DNA of 63,988 nt, counting the filler, from Hausera hauseri (Eukaryota): assembly GCA_046269625.1 (NCBI GenBank). It is 11 parts of 11 records of this genome, joined end to end, with 100 filler letters (N's around TTAATTAATTAA, not from the genome) between each part and the next. Parts side by side here need not be neighbours in the genome. Positions count along the whole stretch, not along the records: positions 1 to 3,956 come from JBJURY010859744.1; positions 4,057 to 9,472 come from JBJURY010259400.1; positions 9,573 to 14,039 come from JBJURY010566562.1; 8 more parts are not named here. One strand, given 5' to 3'. A model generated the notes under the pieces. That model searched no databases. It worked only from the letters and a program-made list of their open reading frames with translations, and was not told the origin of the DNA. This document shows positions 1 to 12,792 of the stretch, piece by piece. The position numbers and the translations under genes are program-made. How positions within the stretch are numbered: the first letter of the stretch is position 1; each line of letters opens with the position of its first letter.

Positions 1-184
1 ATTCAAAAGTGTAAATAAATTTATTGATATAATAAAACAAAAATTTTTATAATACACGTCTTTGCGACATTGTTATACGCAGGACAAGAACTGAACGTAT
101 TACTGCGCTGATCAACGCTTCTGTTATAAATATGTTCACATTTACAAGACTTCGAATAAAGCCGTTTTTTCACAGTGATTTTAC

Positions 185-1360
185 TCAAACAGAACCGAAA
201 TGTAAATACAGATCGAATAGAAATCCCAAATTTCGTACACTCCAAACGAAACACATGCCTACAAAAGTAATAGATATAAAATTCGCTCCATATCCGATAA
301 CGGAAAGAATTGTTCCAATATCACGTACAAAACAAACAATTCGGAAAATTTGCATTTTATAATTGTACATCGTATCGGGATGAAGGGACACGTTTTTCGT
401 ATCATTTTTCAATATTAATTGAGCTTGAATTTGTAGGAAGTAGAAAATCGATAATCCTGCTGACAATAAATGACAGATGATATAACTGAATGAAATCATC
501 AACAGAATTTTCGTTGTACGTTTTTTTTAATTTTCATGTAATACTTGACAATCCTGTCTCATCGACCGACATCCGGGACATACAGCACTGACGGGGAAGA
601 AAGAATGGCTCCGGTCACTCCCAATAGTGCAGTCACTGTCAATATAATAACTTTCTTGGTGAATATTGCACGACACACGATCACGCTTACTGAATAAAGA
701 TGTTTTGATTTTCAATGAATAACAATTGCTGCAATTTGATCTTTGACTCACTCGGACAACTTGAATTAAAATGAGAACATTTAGAATGAGTATTATCGAT
801 CCAGGAAGTAAATATATACGGATAGTTTTGATTAATTCACTAGCAGCAAAACTGGTCTTCAGCGATGGTATATGGAAAATACATTTATTCGACTTAGATT
901 CCGTATAAATAATCCGAAAGATTGGCCTGAAAGTCTGAACAATATTATACATATTATGAAAAACATGAAGTGTTTTCCACGACATAACATACGACCTTCA
1001 ACCGGCCAGTAAACGATGAGAAAACGCTCTACTGTTAAAAACACTGTTGCACAAGCTGATATTAAGAAAATACGTGCTTCACAAATTCTTCAAATTTACA
1101 AACACTGTCATTTTGATGAAATACCGGATCATATAAGTCTAATTTTTATGCCAATTTTTCGACAAATTCCAGCGTCAGAAAGAGTATACAGAATATATCA
1201 CTGGTTGTTAGAAGTATCAAATAATTAAAATAGAACTCGTTGAGCTTTATTTGATCGACAAATAATAATTAGCAAAACGATGTTTTTATATATTGCCATT
1301 ATAGATATTGGAAAAAACAAAAGATAAAAGAATGAACGATGTTAGCAAACAAATCTTCAT
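185..1360 (-). pseudogene. Rhodopsin-family (class A) 7TM GPCR pseudogene
   Basis: Manual translation across frameshifts and stops gives TM1 (ISIMAIYKNIVLLIII), TM2 (YLILLTTSDIFCIL), TM3 with Cys and a DRY-equivalent (CKFEEF...FLTVERFLIVYWP), TM5 (LLPGSIILILNVLILIQV), TM6 (SFSYIICHLL) and TM7 (IGYGANFISI). The 5' end abuts an LTR at 1361. Confidence 0.7.
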
Positions 1361-1595
1361 TGTAGTACTGGCTGCTCGATTTACATAATCACAAAAAGGC
1401 AACTGACAGGGAAGTTCTAAAATGCATACGGTTATAAAACATTATTTTTGTCAAGACCGTCTAACTGCGCAATCGTGTTGTGCCGTTTCGAGGCAGAAAA
1501 CTGGTGCCCGCTTATGTGTCCGACGCGTCGGCAGTGGAAGCGCGGCCGTGCCCAACCAAATGGGCCAGAAAGTGGCGGTCGATATTGGCACTATA
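1361..1595 (-). repeat. 3' LTR of Ty3/Gypsy family A copy 1
   Basis: Termini TGTAGT...ACTATA form a near-perfect inverted pair. It is followed by TCACTCCCGCCCCT (polypurine tract on the minus strand) and then the integrase tail. Confidence 0.6.
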
Positions 1596-3956
1596 TCACT
1601 CCCGCCCCTCGAGGCAAATTTAAAACTATGAAGAGTTAAAGGACAGAGAGGAAAAATCGCAAAACGAAAAGTGTTTGTGTCAGTTGATTTTAGTGTGAAT
1701 AAGACATTGGGTACCTTCTATTGATTTTACCCTGCTATACTTGCTGAATATGACTCTGCGTGTTTTGTCTTTATGCAATGTGTTTGTTTGAAGAGATTGA
1801 GGTTGGGGAAAAATTCCTAGATTTTGGTGTAGGTGTTGTGTCGTGCGAAGATAAGTCGGAATAAATAGAAGAAGAGGGCGAAGAAGGAAAAGGAATTGTT
1901 GAAGAAGGATGGTTAAAAGGTTTGAAAAGAGTGGTAGAAGACGAAGGAGTAATGAAAGGTGTAGTGACGAATAAAGGGAGAGAGGAAAAAATTGGAGTAG
2001 ACATTGGAATTAAGTTGAGTGAAAGACAGGAAAAGGAAAATGAAACGGAGGGAGTGGTGGGAATAGAAGTAGAAAGTTTAGAAAATGATGGGGCAAGACT
2101 AGGAGCAGAACAGGAAGATGGAACAGATGTAGCAATTGGAATAGGAATAGCAAGGAGTAGGGGAGTGAGAAAAGGGGTTGACGTGTCATTTGGTAGGGTG
2201 TCGTCGACAAAGAAAGCGGGCTTTAAGTTGGTAATATGTACTGTAATTTCTTTGCCATCTTTAGAGGTAATAACCCCAAGTACCGAGGTTGGAAACCCCA
2301 AGGTGCCTGATTCTTTAGCCATACGAATTTTTCCGAATACAGATCTTCGGTTAAGTATGTTTTATCTTTGTGAAGTAGCTTGCAAAACGAATCCTTGCTA
2401 ACCTCGACGAAGTGATTTTGCGCCACCCGTATCGTTTCATCTGTATGATAGTCGTTTAGGGCAGTTAGTTTGAATAATGATCTTACAGGAGCTCCGAATA
2501 ATAATTCAGTAGATAAGCATCCTGTAGAAATGGATGGAGTGTTCCGCCAGACAAGCAGAACAAACGGAAGAAGATTAGTCCGACTAGTGTTGTTCTCTGC
2601 GAGGATTCGTAGTGATGTTTTCACTGTTTGGTGGAAAAGTTCTAGAAGGCCATTTGATTGGGGGTGATAAGGCGCTGTAATATATGGTGGATTCCCAATC
2701 GGTTAACAAGGGATTTGAACAGGTCGGATTCAAACTATGGACCCTGGTCCGTGATGATGAAGCGAGGTGATCCAAACCTGCTAATCCATGTGCGAATGGA
2801 AACTTCAGCTATGATGTCGGCGAGGAACGGTCCATCATGGTCAGAATGAACTGATGTCCGTTGTCTGGAGGAAGAGGGCCAACGATGTTGATGTGCGCGG
2901 ATTTGAAACGCGATGTGCAGGGAAAGTGGAATAGTGGTGGCTTTAAATGCTTAGCTGCTTTTTTATTTTTGGCAAGCCATACACTCCTTAACCCATGCCT
3001 GTACATCAGAACGCACTGACGGCCAAATTACTTGTCGATGGAGTAGACAAAACGTGGCTTTAGCACCAGGATGGTGTAGTGAATGCATGCTGTGAAATGC
3101 TTGCCTTTGCAATGATGGTGCTAGGATTGTTACGGAATGGCCTGGTTTAGAAGTGTTTAAAGCCACACCGTCAACGATTGTGCAAGACATAAAAGAATTA
3201 AACATGTCCTGAGATGACTGGTTTTGTTAAAGTTAATCTTGCGTAAAAATCTGTGAAAAACCAATCGAACTAACCGACCTAGATATAAAATTGGCAACCA
3301 AATTGTTAACTCCGTTAATGTGTTTAATATCGAAGTTAAATGTCGATAAGTATGATATTTTTTGTTCTTGGCTTGTGGAAGGGCGTTTTATAGCCATGAT
3401 ATTAATCAAAGGCTTGTCATGGGTCTGTATAGTAAAATGGCGAGCGACAAGTGGGTGAGAAAAATGCTTTAAAGCGAGAACGATGGCGAATAGTTCTCGA
3501 TCGAACGTTAAATATCTGGTTTCAGGAAATGTTAGCTTGCGAGAAAAAAATTCTAGTGGTTGATTTTCTCCCTTGTAGATATGGTGGAGTATAGCGCCTA
3601 CTGCAGTGTTTGACGCGTCTGTAGTAAGGATAAGTTCTGTTTCAGGCTTGGGGAAAGCGAGAATATGAACGGCCTTAATTTCTTCGCGTAGCTTATCAAA
3701 TTTGTCAGCTAATCCAGGTATCCGTTGGATTGGCTTATGTTTTTTGCCGCCGCTTAGGTGTGCGAATGGTGCTGTCAATTCGGAGCAATATGGTGCATAT
3801 TTATTTACAAAGTGTAGTGTACCAAGGAAGCTGCGCATTTCGGTGGTTGTACGTGGCAAGTGGATATTTTTAAGAGCTTCGACTCGGTCTGGTTGGGGTA
3901 AATGACCATCTGGTGAAATAATGTGGCCTAAAAAGTTAATGCGCTTTTTGAAGAAA
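1361..3956 (-). mobile_element. Ty3/Gypsy LTR retrotransposon, family A copy 1 (RT end, RNase H, integrase; degraded, cut by gap)
   Basis: MRSFLGTLHF, LTTDASNTAVGAIL, FDRELFAI, HHPGAKAT...W..C..CQ, HINIVGPLP, PQSNG integrase motifs in ORF fragments 1771-3859. Confidence 0.93.
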
Positions 3957-5255
3957 NNNNNNNNNNNNNNNNNNNNNNNNNNNNNNNNNNNNNNNNNNNN
4001 TTAATTAATTAANNNNNNNNNNNNNNNNNNNNNNNNNNNNNNNNNNNNNNNNNNNNGAAACCTTGTTCCCCCACTGATTTGATTTACCCAAAATTAAAAG
4101 TCTCTCCCAACGCAAATCGGTGAGGTTTGAAGAATATGGTCATGGAAAATGTTTGCTTGATGTAAATTTCGCAACTGTTAAAAATCTAATAAAAACGTTT
4201 ATTGTTAAATTCCATGTACTAAATTTGAATAAATGTTTATGTTGTAAATAGACAGCGATCGACTATCGGTTATTGCAGAGAGACAGTGATAGTTCAGCTG
4301 TCGATTTATATATATTAGTTATAGATTGTACATATTAACTGTTGATTTGCACACATTAAATCGAATTTATCGATAGTATAGATTATTTAAGTACTGATTA
4401 GAAATAACATATGGTGATTATTAACCGAAGAATTGTTAAACAAATGTTGAAAATCGAAAATAATTAGACGGAAAAACAACACATACACTAATCCAAATTG
4501 TATATAAGGCAGAGCTGAAAATGAAAAAGCTGAACAATTTACTTCGACTGTAGCGTCGATTCGATTCCGATTCAGTTTTTATTGAGCGACCAGTTAATTC
4601 CGATTCAACAAATTTTACTGACTGATCGATAAATCGAAACTTGATTTTCTTGGTGATTTGTGTGGTAACTATTATATTGTTATTTTAATTCTCTTTTGTT
4701 CTAAAATCCCGTATAGTTTGCCATCGGCCCTTAAGGCTGATTCGAATAACAATAAGGTTAAAATCTACAATAAATTGTATAGGTACCAGAAATTCTCAAC
4801 TGTGCACAGGATACGGCACGCACTCTACAAGCACGAAATATTTATACATTGAGCACATTCGTTTAACAATAACGTTAAACCGAATTTGCTATTAAGTCAT
4901 TAAATTTAAGAGTAAATACGTTATATATAAGAAGAGTGAGTTGAGGGCCACCCAAATATATAACATTTAACGACCCTAGCAGGACGGTTAATTAACGACA
5001 TATCGGCGATCAGCGCCAAAACATCGATTAATTGTAAGAAAATTAAATTTTGGGATATAAGTTATCAGACTTAAATTAAAGGGATAATTCAAGACGAACG
5101 TTGATAACCAAATAAATGGTAAAAATAAATCTTCTATACGTCAGACACTCAGAGTTATATACAGAACAAATTCTGAAACCAGAATTAATATAGAACCAAA
5201 CGGTAAATTTAAACTTCCTCGACTTAAGGATAAACCTCACAAAAATAAGATAGAT

Positions 5256-6290
5256 ATGGCAGCAGAGAATCCAGCCATAGCACAAAAGCTCGACATTTTT
5301 GCATTTGACTCTTCGAATCTGCCGGCATACGATGGCAATCCGGATGGATTAAACGACTTTTTAAGGACTTACAAATTGCACGCAGAAGGTGCTAGCCTTA
5401 CTCCTGAAGTAACAAAAAAACGCTTATCACTCTATCTTAAGAATTTAGCTGCTGATGCTTATAGTGAGCTTACCAACGACGAAAAAAAATCTTGGTCTTC
5501 CCTGGTAGGAGCCTTAAACCTCATATTATTGCCAACAGTAACGCCGCAACAGAAACTAATGGCATTTCAAAACAGAGTGCAACAGAAGGGTGAATCGGTA
5601 ACCCAGTTTGCTTTTGCATTAAAGAAACTCGCTAATAGTTATGTGAGCACCTTAAGAATAGCTAACGTAGCAAAAGCTAAAACAGATGCAGAGCGTGAGG
5701 CCGCGGAAAAGGCAACGCCACCAGATTTAGACGACATGATGACGACTCAGTTAATAAATGGCATATGGTCAAGAGATTTAGTTAAACAGTTTATTCTGGC
5801 CAGACCTGATAATTTTGAGAGGACATTACAATTAGCCCAACATTTAGAAATGGCATTAGAGAGATATGTCCAGCAAGGTGACAAACATGAAAGGAATAAT
5901 GACCGCAATAACCGTAATAGAAATGATAATCAAGATAACCGACGGTCTAATGATAATAACCGTAATCGAAGTTTCTATAACAGAAATTTCCACAATAGAA
6001 ATTAAAGAAACGACAGAAATTTCAGTTATAAGTGAAACACATACAACTAGTATAATAAACCGAGTTACAATTCAGATAAAAACCAAAGTGGTTACCGATC
6101 TAATAATAAATATACGGATAACAGATATGACGCAGATAATAGACAAATATTTCAGAGCCAGAATAAGAATACAAACAGAGCAAAATCGCCTGTGAATGAA
6201 GATGGCCGACAAAGGATAGGCCGGAATGGGAATTTAATCTGCTTCACATGTGGAAAAGAAGGACATATTGCTAGGTCATATCCAAATCCT
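5256..6290 (+). pseudogene. gag: Retrotransposon Gag with CCHC zinc knuckle (frameshifted)
   Basis: LPAYDGNPDGLNDFL...YLKNLAADAY...FQNRVQQKGESVTQF (Ty3/Gypsy Gag motif), N/R-rich linker, then CFTCGKEGHIARSY. The last Cys is mutated here but intact as CFTCGNEGHIVRSC in copy 2. Confidence 0.88.
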
Positions 6291-9200
6291 ACAAGTGTCA
6301 CATTTACTGAACCCAACAAAACAAGTATGATTAAGAATAACTTAGAAGCCATATATGGTAAACGAGGAGACATAAGCCTGATTATTGAAATGCAAGATTC
6401 ACGCAGATCTGTAAGAAATCTAAGTGAAACTAGTAATCCTCAAGTAATGAACGCTAGAAATGAATATGAAAAGAAATTACGACTAATGGAAGTTTATCAT
6501 GGATTAAGAGAACCACAAACCGAAGAAGAATGGGCTTTGGCACCAAATAATACTAACATGGCGCGTAAAAAGTCTATTCCGCAAGGAATAGCACAATCGG
6601 AGAAACCAACAACATCTAAGAATGTAGATATAGATGCAGAATCCAAAGAGAACTAACCAGACAAAACAACAGATGAAATTGAAAGTGAATTGATTGGGCC
6701 TTTATTTCTTAAAATAACAAAGAACAGAGGCAGAAGCCCTCCCATTAAAAAGAACATAGAAAGAAGAGAAGACATTTATACCGTAGACTCATCCTCAGAT
6801 ATTTCCATTACGCCTATAGGAATTTCAAAAGTGTTAGAAACGCCAGAAATAATAACTGCTAATGATGAAATCAATAAAATTTGCCCATTTCCCGCTAGTG
6901 AGGAAGAAACGGAAGATGATAACGACCTTGATGTAAAAAATGGAAAGTGCGACGTTTATGGAAGAATGCCGATGAACTGAAGAGGATGAGAATTAGATGT
7001 CACGATCCAGAGGTACTTAGACACAATTTGGAAAGGCTCAAGCAGATTAGTAAAGAAACAGATATATCTGGTAAGGAACAACAATTTTCGGAGAAATTAT
7101 ACAAGAGTTTAAAATTGTGGAGTGAAGGGAAACTCGATGAAGCAATTGAAGTAAGACAACCGGAAGAGGTACCATGAGATACGTTGATAAAATGGAACCA
7201 CGAATTAAAGTCGTGGACTAAAAGTGGAGTAGAATTTTCAGAAGGATGGAGTAAAAACGAAGACAGTATTAATGTGAAAGTTACTAAGGCTCAAGCGCTA
7301 CTATCTACCTTAGAAACAAACCCAAAACTGAAGAGAGTAGTCCGTAATTTAGAACGTATGATGGATAAAATTCTCTGTGCAATGATTAATCGGCTTGGGG
7401 AAAAACCGGTTAGCGATCGAAGTAGTATCGATTTAGAGATATTGGGTGTAGACCTGATAGATATTCCTCCTTTAATGGAAATGATAAAAATTGCCTTTGT
7501 CGAAAACCGACGATGTGCGGACTTAGAGAGCCGCATCAAAATGGAAAATGAAAAAAGGTCACAGATCAACAGTTTGAGAAATCGAATTATTTGTATAAAT
7601 AATGAAGAAACCAAATATATAATAAAAGCTTGTATCATAGAATTCGACGAATATAAGGATGAGCTCAATTATGTTAGTCAATTCATAAACTTCATAAAAG
7701 ACCCAGGCGACGAATTGAAAGGTGCCTACAAGATATTATACAAAATGATATTAGCCAAGCCAATAATCGCCAATCAATTGTCAAAATGGTCCGAATTAAT
7801 AACGAGATTAAGTAAATTAGTAGAAGAACGTAAGAAAAAATTTCCGGAAAGCGAACTATCGGTAAAAAGGCAACTGGAAGAAGGTCCACGTAACTTAACC
7901 ACCATATAAGCAGAAATAGACATCCGGGCACGGTTTGAAGCATTACGACTATTAAATTTTATGAAGAAGAAGCAAGAAAAGACAACCTTAGAAGAAATAT
8001 ATAAAATGATTGAAGAGACAAACTTCACGGAAAAGCGGAATATGACTTTCAATCTGTACTCAAGGTTAAGAAGTCTTCGACGAGAAGGAATCCAACACTT
8101 AACAGACAGACCTATCGACGAGATTTCAATTCAGGGCACCGAAACCTTGGATATTTGTCCGGGAGATAGAGCAGCCCTAATAGAAGCTGTGAGATTCCTG
8201 CACAAACCACAAGAATGTATAGCTGGTACGGATCAGAACTGTCACACCGATTTGACGAAAAGAAGAAACAACCAACGTCTTAGATTTGAAGATTCTGATT
8301 TCGTAAAGAAATTGCTGGATGCAATGGACCCCGATTCAAAAATTATAAATGAGATATATGGGTAGAAGTGGCGGAGATTAATGATGAAAGAATGAGTTAA
8401 TTAATGCCCAAAATACAACAGGTTGAAGAAACATTTATCAGAACAAAACAAAGAGCAACGGGGCTAGATAAATCTAACGAAAGAGTTTGAAGACTACCGG
8501 AACAAATACATTCTTACGGAATCAGAAGTTAAAAATAAGCTAGAATTTGTGCAGAGATGGCAAAGAGATGTAATTATTGAACTAAACGACTATTACCAAA
8601 AGGTATTTATCAATGCTAACGAGTAAGGCGAATTACTGAAAAGGATTCAATATGCTCGCGGAAATGGAATCGGTTTCCGGACCACGCAGATAAAAGAAGT
8701 ACAACCAAATTTAAGAGAAATTCGAGAAAATGTGCAAAGGACGAATACAGCTCTAGTAGATTATGGACTTCCAGATATTGGGAATGAACCAGAATAGGAT
8801 ACTTATTTAGAAGAAATAACGGCCGAAAATCTGGTAAGCCCAGTACACCTGGATGAGATACAAATGTATCCGCAGAATAGGAAATTTAATGTAAAAATAA
8901 TCCTAGACTCAGCATTAACCGAGAAGGACTTGATGGAATCACTTAACGTGAACATGACAGAAAATAAGTTCATATAACTTATTCCAACTTTGACTAAATT
9001 ATCTAGTGAGAATACAGTTTACAGCACGATGCCGAAACTTTTGATTAAAAAATATACAGACATCTTGAAGACTAAACCCGAAGTAGGGATGAAAATAATG
9101 ATATCATCCGAGTGGATGAAAGAAAAAGAGTGCGAGTTAACTACTCATTCCTACGTGAAGGATGTAAGAGAATGATTACTAAACAACGATGGGACGAATG

Positions 9201-9472
9201 AGCTAAATTACAGTTTTTATTTTAGAGGAAGAATACTCGATGACTTAGAACAATTAATAGATGTCGAAATTATTTCCGACAAAACCAATCGGATAGTAGT
9301 AATAATAGCCAATGAACAGACAAAGGAGGAAGCCACGCTTAAAGCTAAAACAGAACAGTGCGTAGGACAATTCATTGGAGTACGTGACACTGCAATGTAT
9401 TTCAAGTATTTACAGACGGATGAAGACAAGGAACAATACGACAAGAATCTAGTACCGCTAAGTGGAATGCCA
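6291..9472 (+). pseudogene. Long charged/helical polyprotein region containing a ubiquitin-like domain at 9089-9310
   Basis: Fragments 6690-8365 and 8990-9472 match copy 2 in order. MKIMISSEW...FYFRGRILDDLEQLIDVEI aligns without gaps to ubiquitin residues 1-61. Confidence 0.7.
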
Positions 9473-10939
9473 NNNNNNNNNNNNNNNNNNNNNNNNNNNN
9501 NNNNNNNNNNNNNNNNTTAATTAATTAANNNNNNNNNNNNNNNNNNNNNNNNNNNNNNNNNNNNNNNNNNNNGCTTTTTCAGCAACATTTGAAGCTTTTA
9601 TTCATAAAACGTATCTTGAATTATCTAATTATCGTCGACAATCTCATACATTACTAGTATTTGTCTCGTAGTCATTGTTTTTATACGAAACACATCATCA
9701 CTTAAATAATTATCAAATTTCTTCGGAAATAGTGTTGCACTGACCCAAGATACTATTACATAATCACCAACTTTTTATTTAAATTTCTTACATGTTTTAT
9801 TCTCCTTTTGTAACAATGTAAACATATCATTTTTACATCCACAAACGATAACCTTCTAACCCCCGACGTTCACTGTAATTATATGCCCGGATAAAAATTT
9901 TCAAAACCGTGTACCAGATTTTGTTTGAAATGAAAATACTTTGTTATTTTTCCGCTAAGTGTACAATTAAATGGTTCAACAAGAGCCGCCATACATTGAG
10001 AAAACACTGAATGATGCTTCATGATGTATTATCAAACATTGCCTTAAATTTACTATTATAAAACTTCTCAAATCATTCTAAATAAATTTCGGTTGAGTCG
10101 ACTTCATCATTATTTGAACTGCTGCTAATATATCATTTTGCCTTTTTACTTTCCACTGGTACAGCACTAGCGTAACTACTGAAAACATCAATATACATCA
10201 GAATGTACTTATAGATTTTATTAATACAAGCAAAGGCAATCATTTCCATTAAACCCATTTGCCACACAGTTCACCGATTTAGATAAATATATGCTAGGCA
10301 GATAACATCTCATTATCGGTTTGTTTAGACTCTAGACTAACTGCTATCTCATCCACTGCTCCGTTGTCTATCTGCTTTCCTTTGCTGCTTTTTCGGTTCT
10401 CGAAACTCCTCCGAATCCAGCTGGATTTTCCGGACGGTACCACATCTTCATCATCACTAACGCAACAATTCGATCGAATACTTAAATTTAAACTTGGAAC
10501 CGACGGTGTTGCACCCATAACATCAATTTTGTTATAAATTATACAAATTAAATATTTTTGCTGTGATCATTTATAAGCAGATATTTTATAAAATACCTGT
10601 TCTCTGAATAATTTTTGGTGATTTGTTACGCATTCAGCTAAGTAATTTTGTACTATCATATATCAGAGTTTTATACTACAAGAGTGATTAATTTTAAAAC
10701 GTCATTAGATATTGTTGTACATATAGTTTGACGGTAACAATACTGGATAGAAAAGTGACGTATTTTCGCAACTTCATGCATATATACTTTCAAATTCATC
10801 GTTGTTGATGGTACATTGATGTGTGCGTCAACAGCCAATTAGTATCACTGAATTAAAATGCTAACTCAAAACACTGTTACTGTATGTGGCCTACTACATT
10901 GCAACATAAAATAAATATTTTGCTTTATTTTGTTTTACA

Positions 10940-12792
10940 GAATATCACGAAAACAGTTATTCAGTTTGGTAGAAGCAGTGCCAATGTGCGAGGAAGAAAC
11001 GGTAACATAAGCAGACTTGGTTGTTCTCCCACGAATCCATGTAGATGATCAAAAGTGACTGCTAACGCTGCGATGAACGCTAATGATTTGCTAACTGATG
11101 TCGCTGGAGTAGTTGAAGTGCAGAAGAGAAAGAAATCTGGCAGATGAGAAACAGTAGGGGAATGATGAATGGAGATATTTTATAACACTAACGTCAATTA
11201 GACCGACGGTAAATGGCGGCAAAGGCAGTAATGAATCAAGGAACAAAACAGCTTATGATGTGTGCGGTAAATGCAAAGACCAAAAAAAGAAAATAACATG
11301 AAAGCCCAAGATTATAGACGTAAAATGGATTAAAGTAACCCAAAGTTCAGACTGCATCACGTAAATGTGAAAAAGGAAAAGGTTTCTGAGCTGACTGCAT
11401 TTTTGATACTGAAGACAGAGGTTGAACGTTTTGAAAAATTCTGGGATGGAGAAATGTTTGACTTAATGAGTAAGCAGAGCATGTTATATACACGACAGCA
11501 GAACAGACATGAGTTTGAGATGAAGAACTACCAGTTTAAATGCTTTATTGGTTTTCTGCTCTTCAAATGGTACCACAAACTACTCAGAGAAAGGATGTAT
11601 TGGGAAAAGGCGGACGATTGCAGCGAATATAGTGTCTGAAGCTCTCAGTCGCCAGGAATACATTGATATCAAGCGCAATCTCCATCTCGTCAATAATGCT
11701 GAAATTCATTCATGCGACAAGTTTTACAAAGTCGTTATTTCGAGCTACTTAATGAAAGGTTTACCAAGTTTGGAGTGTTTTCACACAATATGCGTAGATG
11801 AGTAAATAATACCTTACTTCAGTAGACATGTGGGGGAAAACGTGTCAGGTTTGGCTTCAAGACATGGTGTCTTTGTTCAAGTAACGGATACCTCAATAAT
11901 TTCATTCCGTACGCTGGGAGTTGACTACGACCTGGGACTTGGCACTACTGTGGCGATTCAGTTGTTGGACATTGTCAATGAGCCACGTCAGCATGCTGTC
12001 CAATTCGACAACTTTTTAACTTCAGAGCGTCTTCTGCTTGAAATCAGTAAGAAAAATTTTGCGCAACGGGGACAGTCAGAGAATGTCGTTTGATCGGCAG
12101 CATCCTTTAAAACAGTAATATACTGGCCAAGAAGTACCGCGGTTCATTTGATTGCCGTTATGATAACCGCGACAATATCATGGCTGTCAAATGGAACGAT
12201 AATCCTGTGGTGACGCTAACAAGTAACCTTAAAACTTTCCAACCGCTTCTGACTGCAAAACGCTTCGCCCGAACGGCTCAGAAAATCGTTGCAGTTTCAT
12301 AGCCAAATCTGATTGCTTCCTACAACAAGCGAATGGGAGAGGTGGACATGTTGGATAATTTTGTTGCCAAGTATCGTATCACCGTAAAAGGAAAAAATGG
12401 TGGTGGCCACTACTTATAAACTTTGTTGATGTTGCACTTTGCTATGTGTGGTCACTTCATCGTTTGGTACATGTCAAAGAATTGGACCTGTTGGAATTTT
12501 ATCGTCGGGTTGCATTTCGCTGCTGAAAGAGGAGCCAGTTGATAACTGTTCAACAATGCACAATAGTAATCTGTTTGGTCGACCTTCGAATCTGAAGAGC
12601 ATGTTTGATCCACGCTACAGCATTGGTGAACAGTACATCAAGAAGAATCCGGACAACAGACAAATTCAATGCCGTATGTGCAAGAGCACCACCTACTGCA
12701 TCTGTGGACTGTGTTGTTGGAATCCATGCCGTGTTTCGCAGCCTGGACAGGACAATGAGACATTAGATTGGCTTGGCCTATTAGGCCTATAG
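10940..12792 (+). mobile_element. piggyBac (PGBD-like) transposase remnant
   Basis: VDE*IIPYFSRH, FGFKTWCLC, FDNFLTS, VKWNDN, YNKRMGEVDMLD, KKWWWPL and a C-terminal Cys-rich domain. TTTTCGCAAC motifs flank it at 10763 and 12915-12930. No TTAA-flanked TIRs found. Confidence 0.88.

Larger units (their letters stand above)
4243..9472 (+). mobile_element. Gypsy-Gag element family B copy 1 (gag, zinc knuckle, long helical ORF with ubiquitin-like domain; no pol seen; cut by gap)
   Basis: Gag and knuckle at 5256-6290; downstream ORF fragments are colinear with 59994-63988. The 5' boundary (TGTAAATAG at 4243, TATATAA at 4501) is tentative. Confidence 0.8.

Noticed and set aside
1922-2401. Antisense ORFs over Gypsy, family B and Polinton coding regions (also 7291-7668, 58074-58325, 61649-61957)
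   Set aside because: Shadow frames of the real coding strand with no independent motifs.
4995-5025. GACA-TAT-CGGCGATCAGCGCC as LTR end plus PBS for family B
   Set aside because: Does not begin with TGG and I cannot match it to a tRNA.
6775-6825. TVDSSSDISI as a degenerate aspartic protease motif in family B
   Set aside because: Lacks the Gly of D(S/T)G and is not conserved in copy 2 (TVESHIEP).
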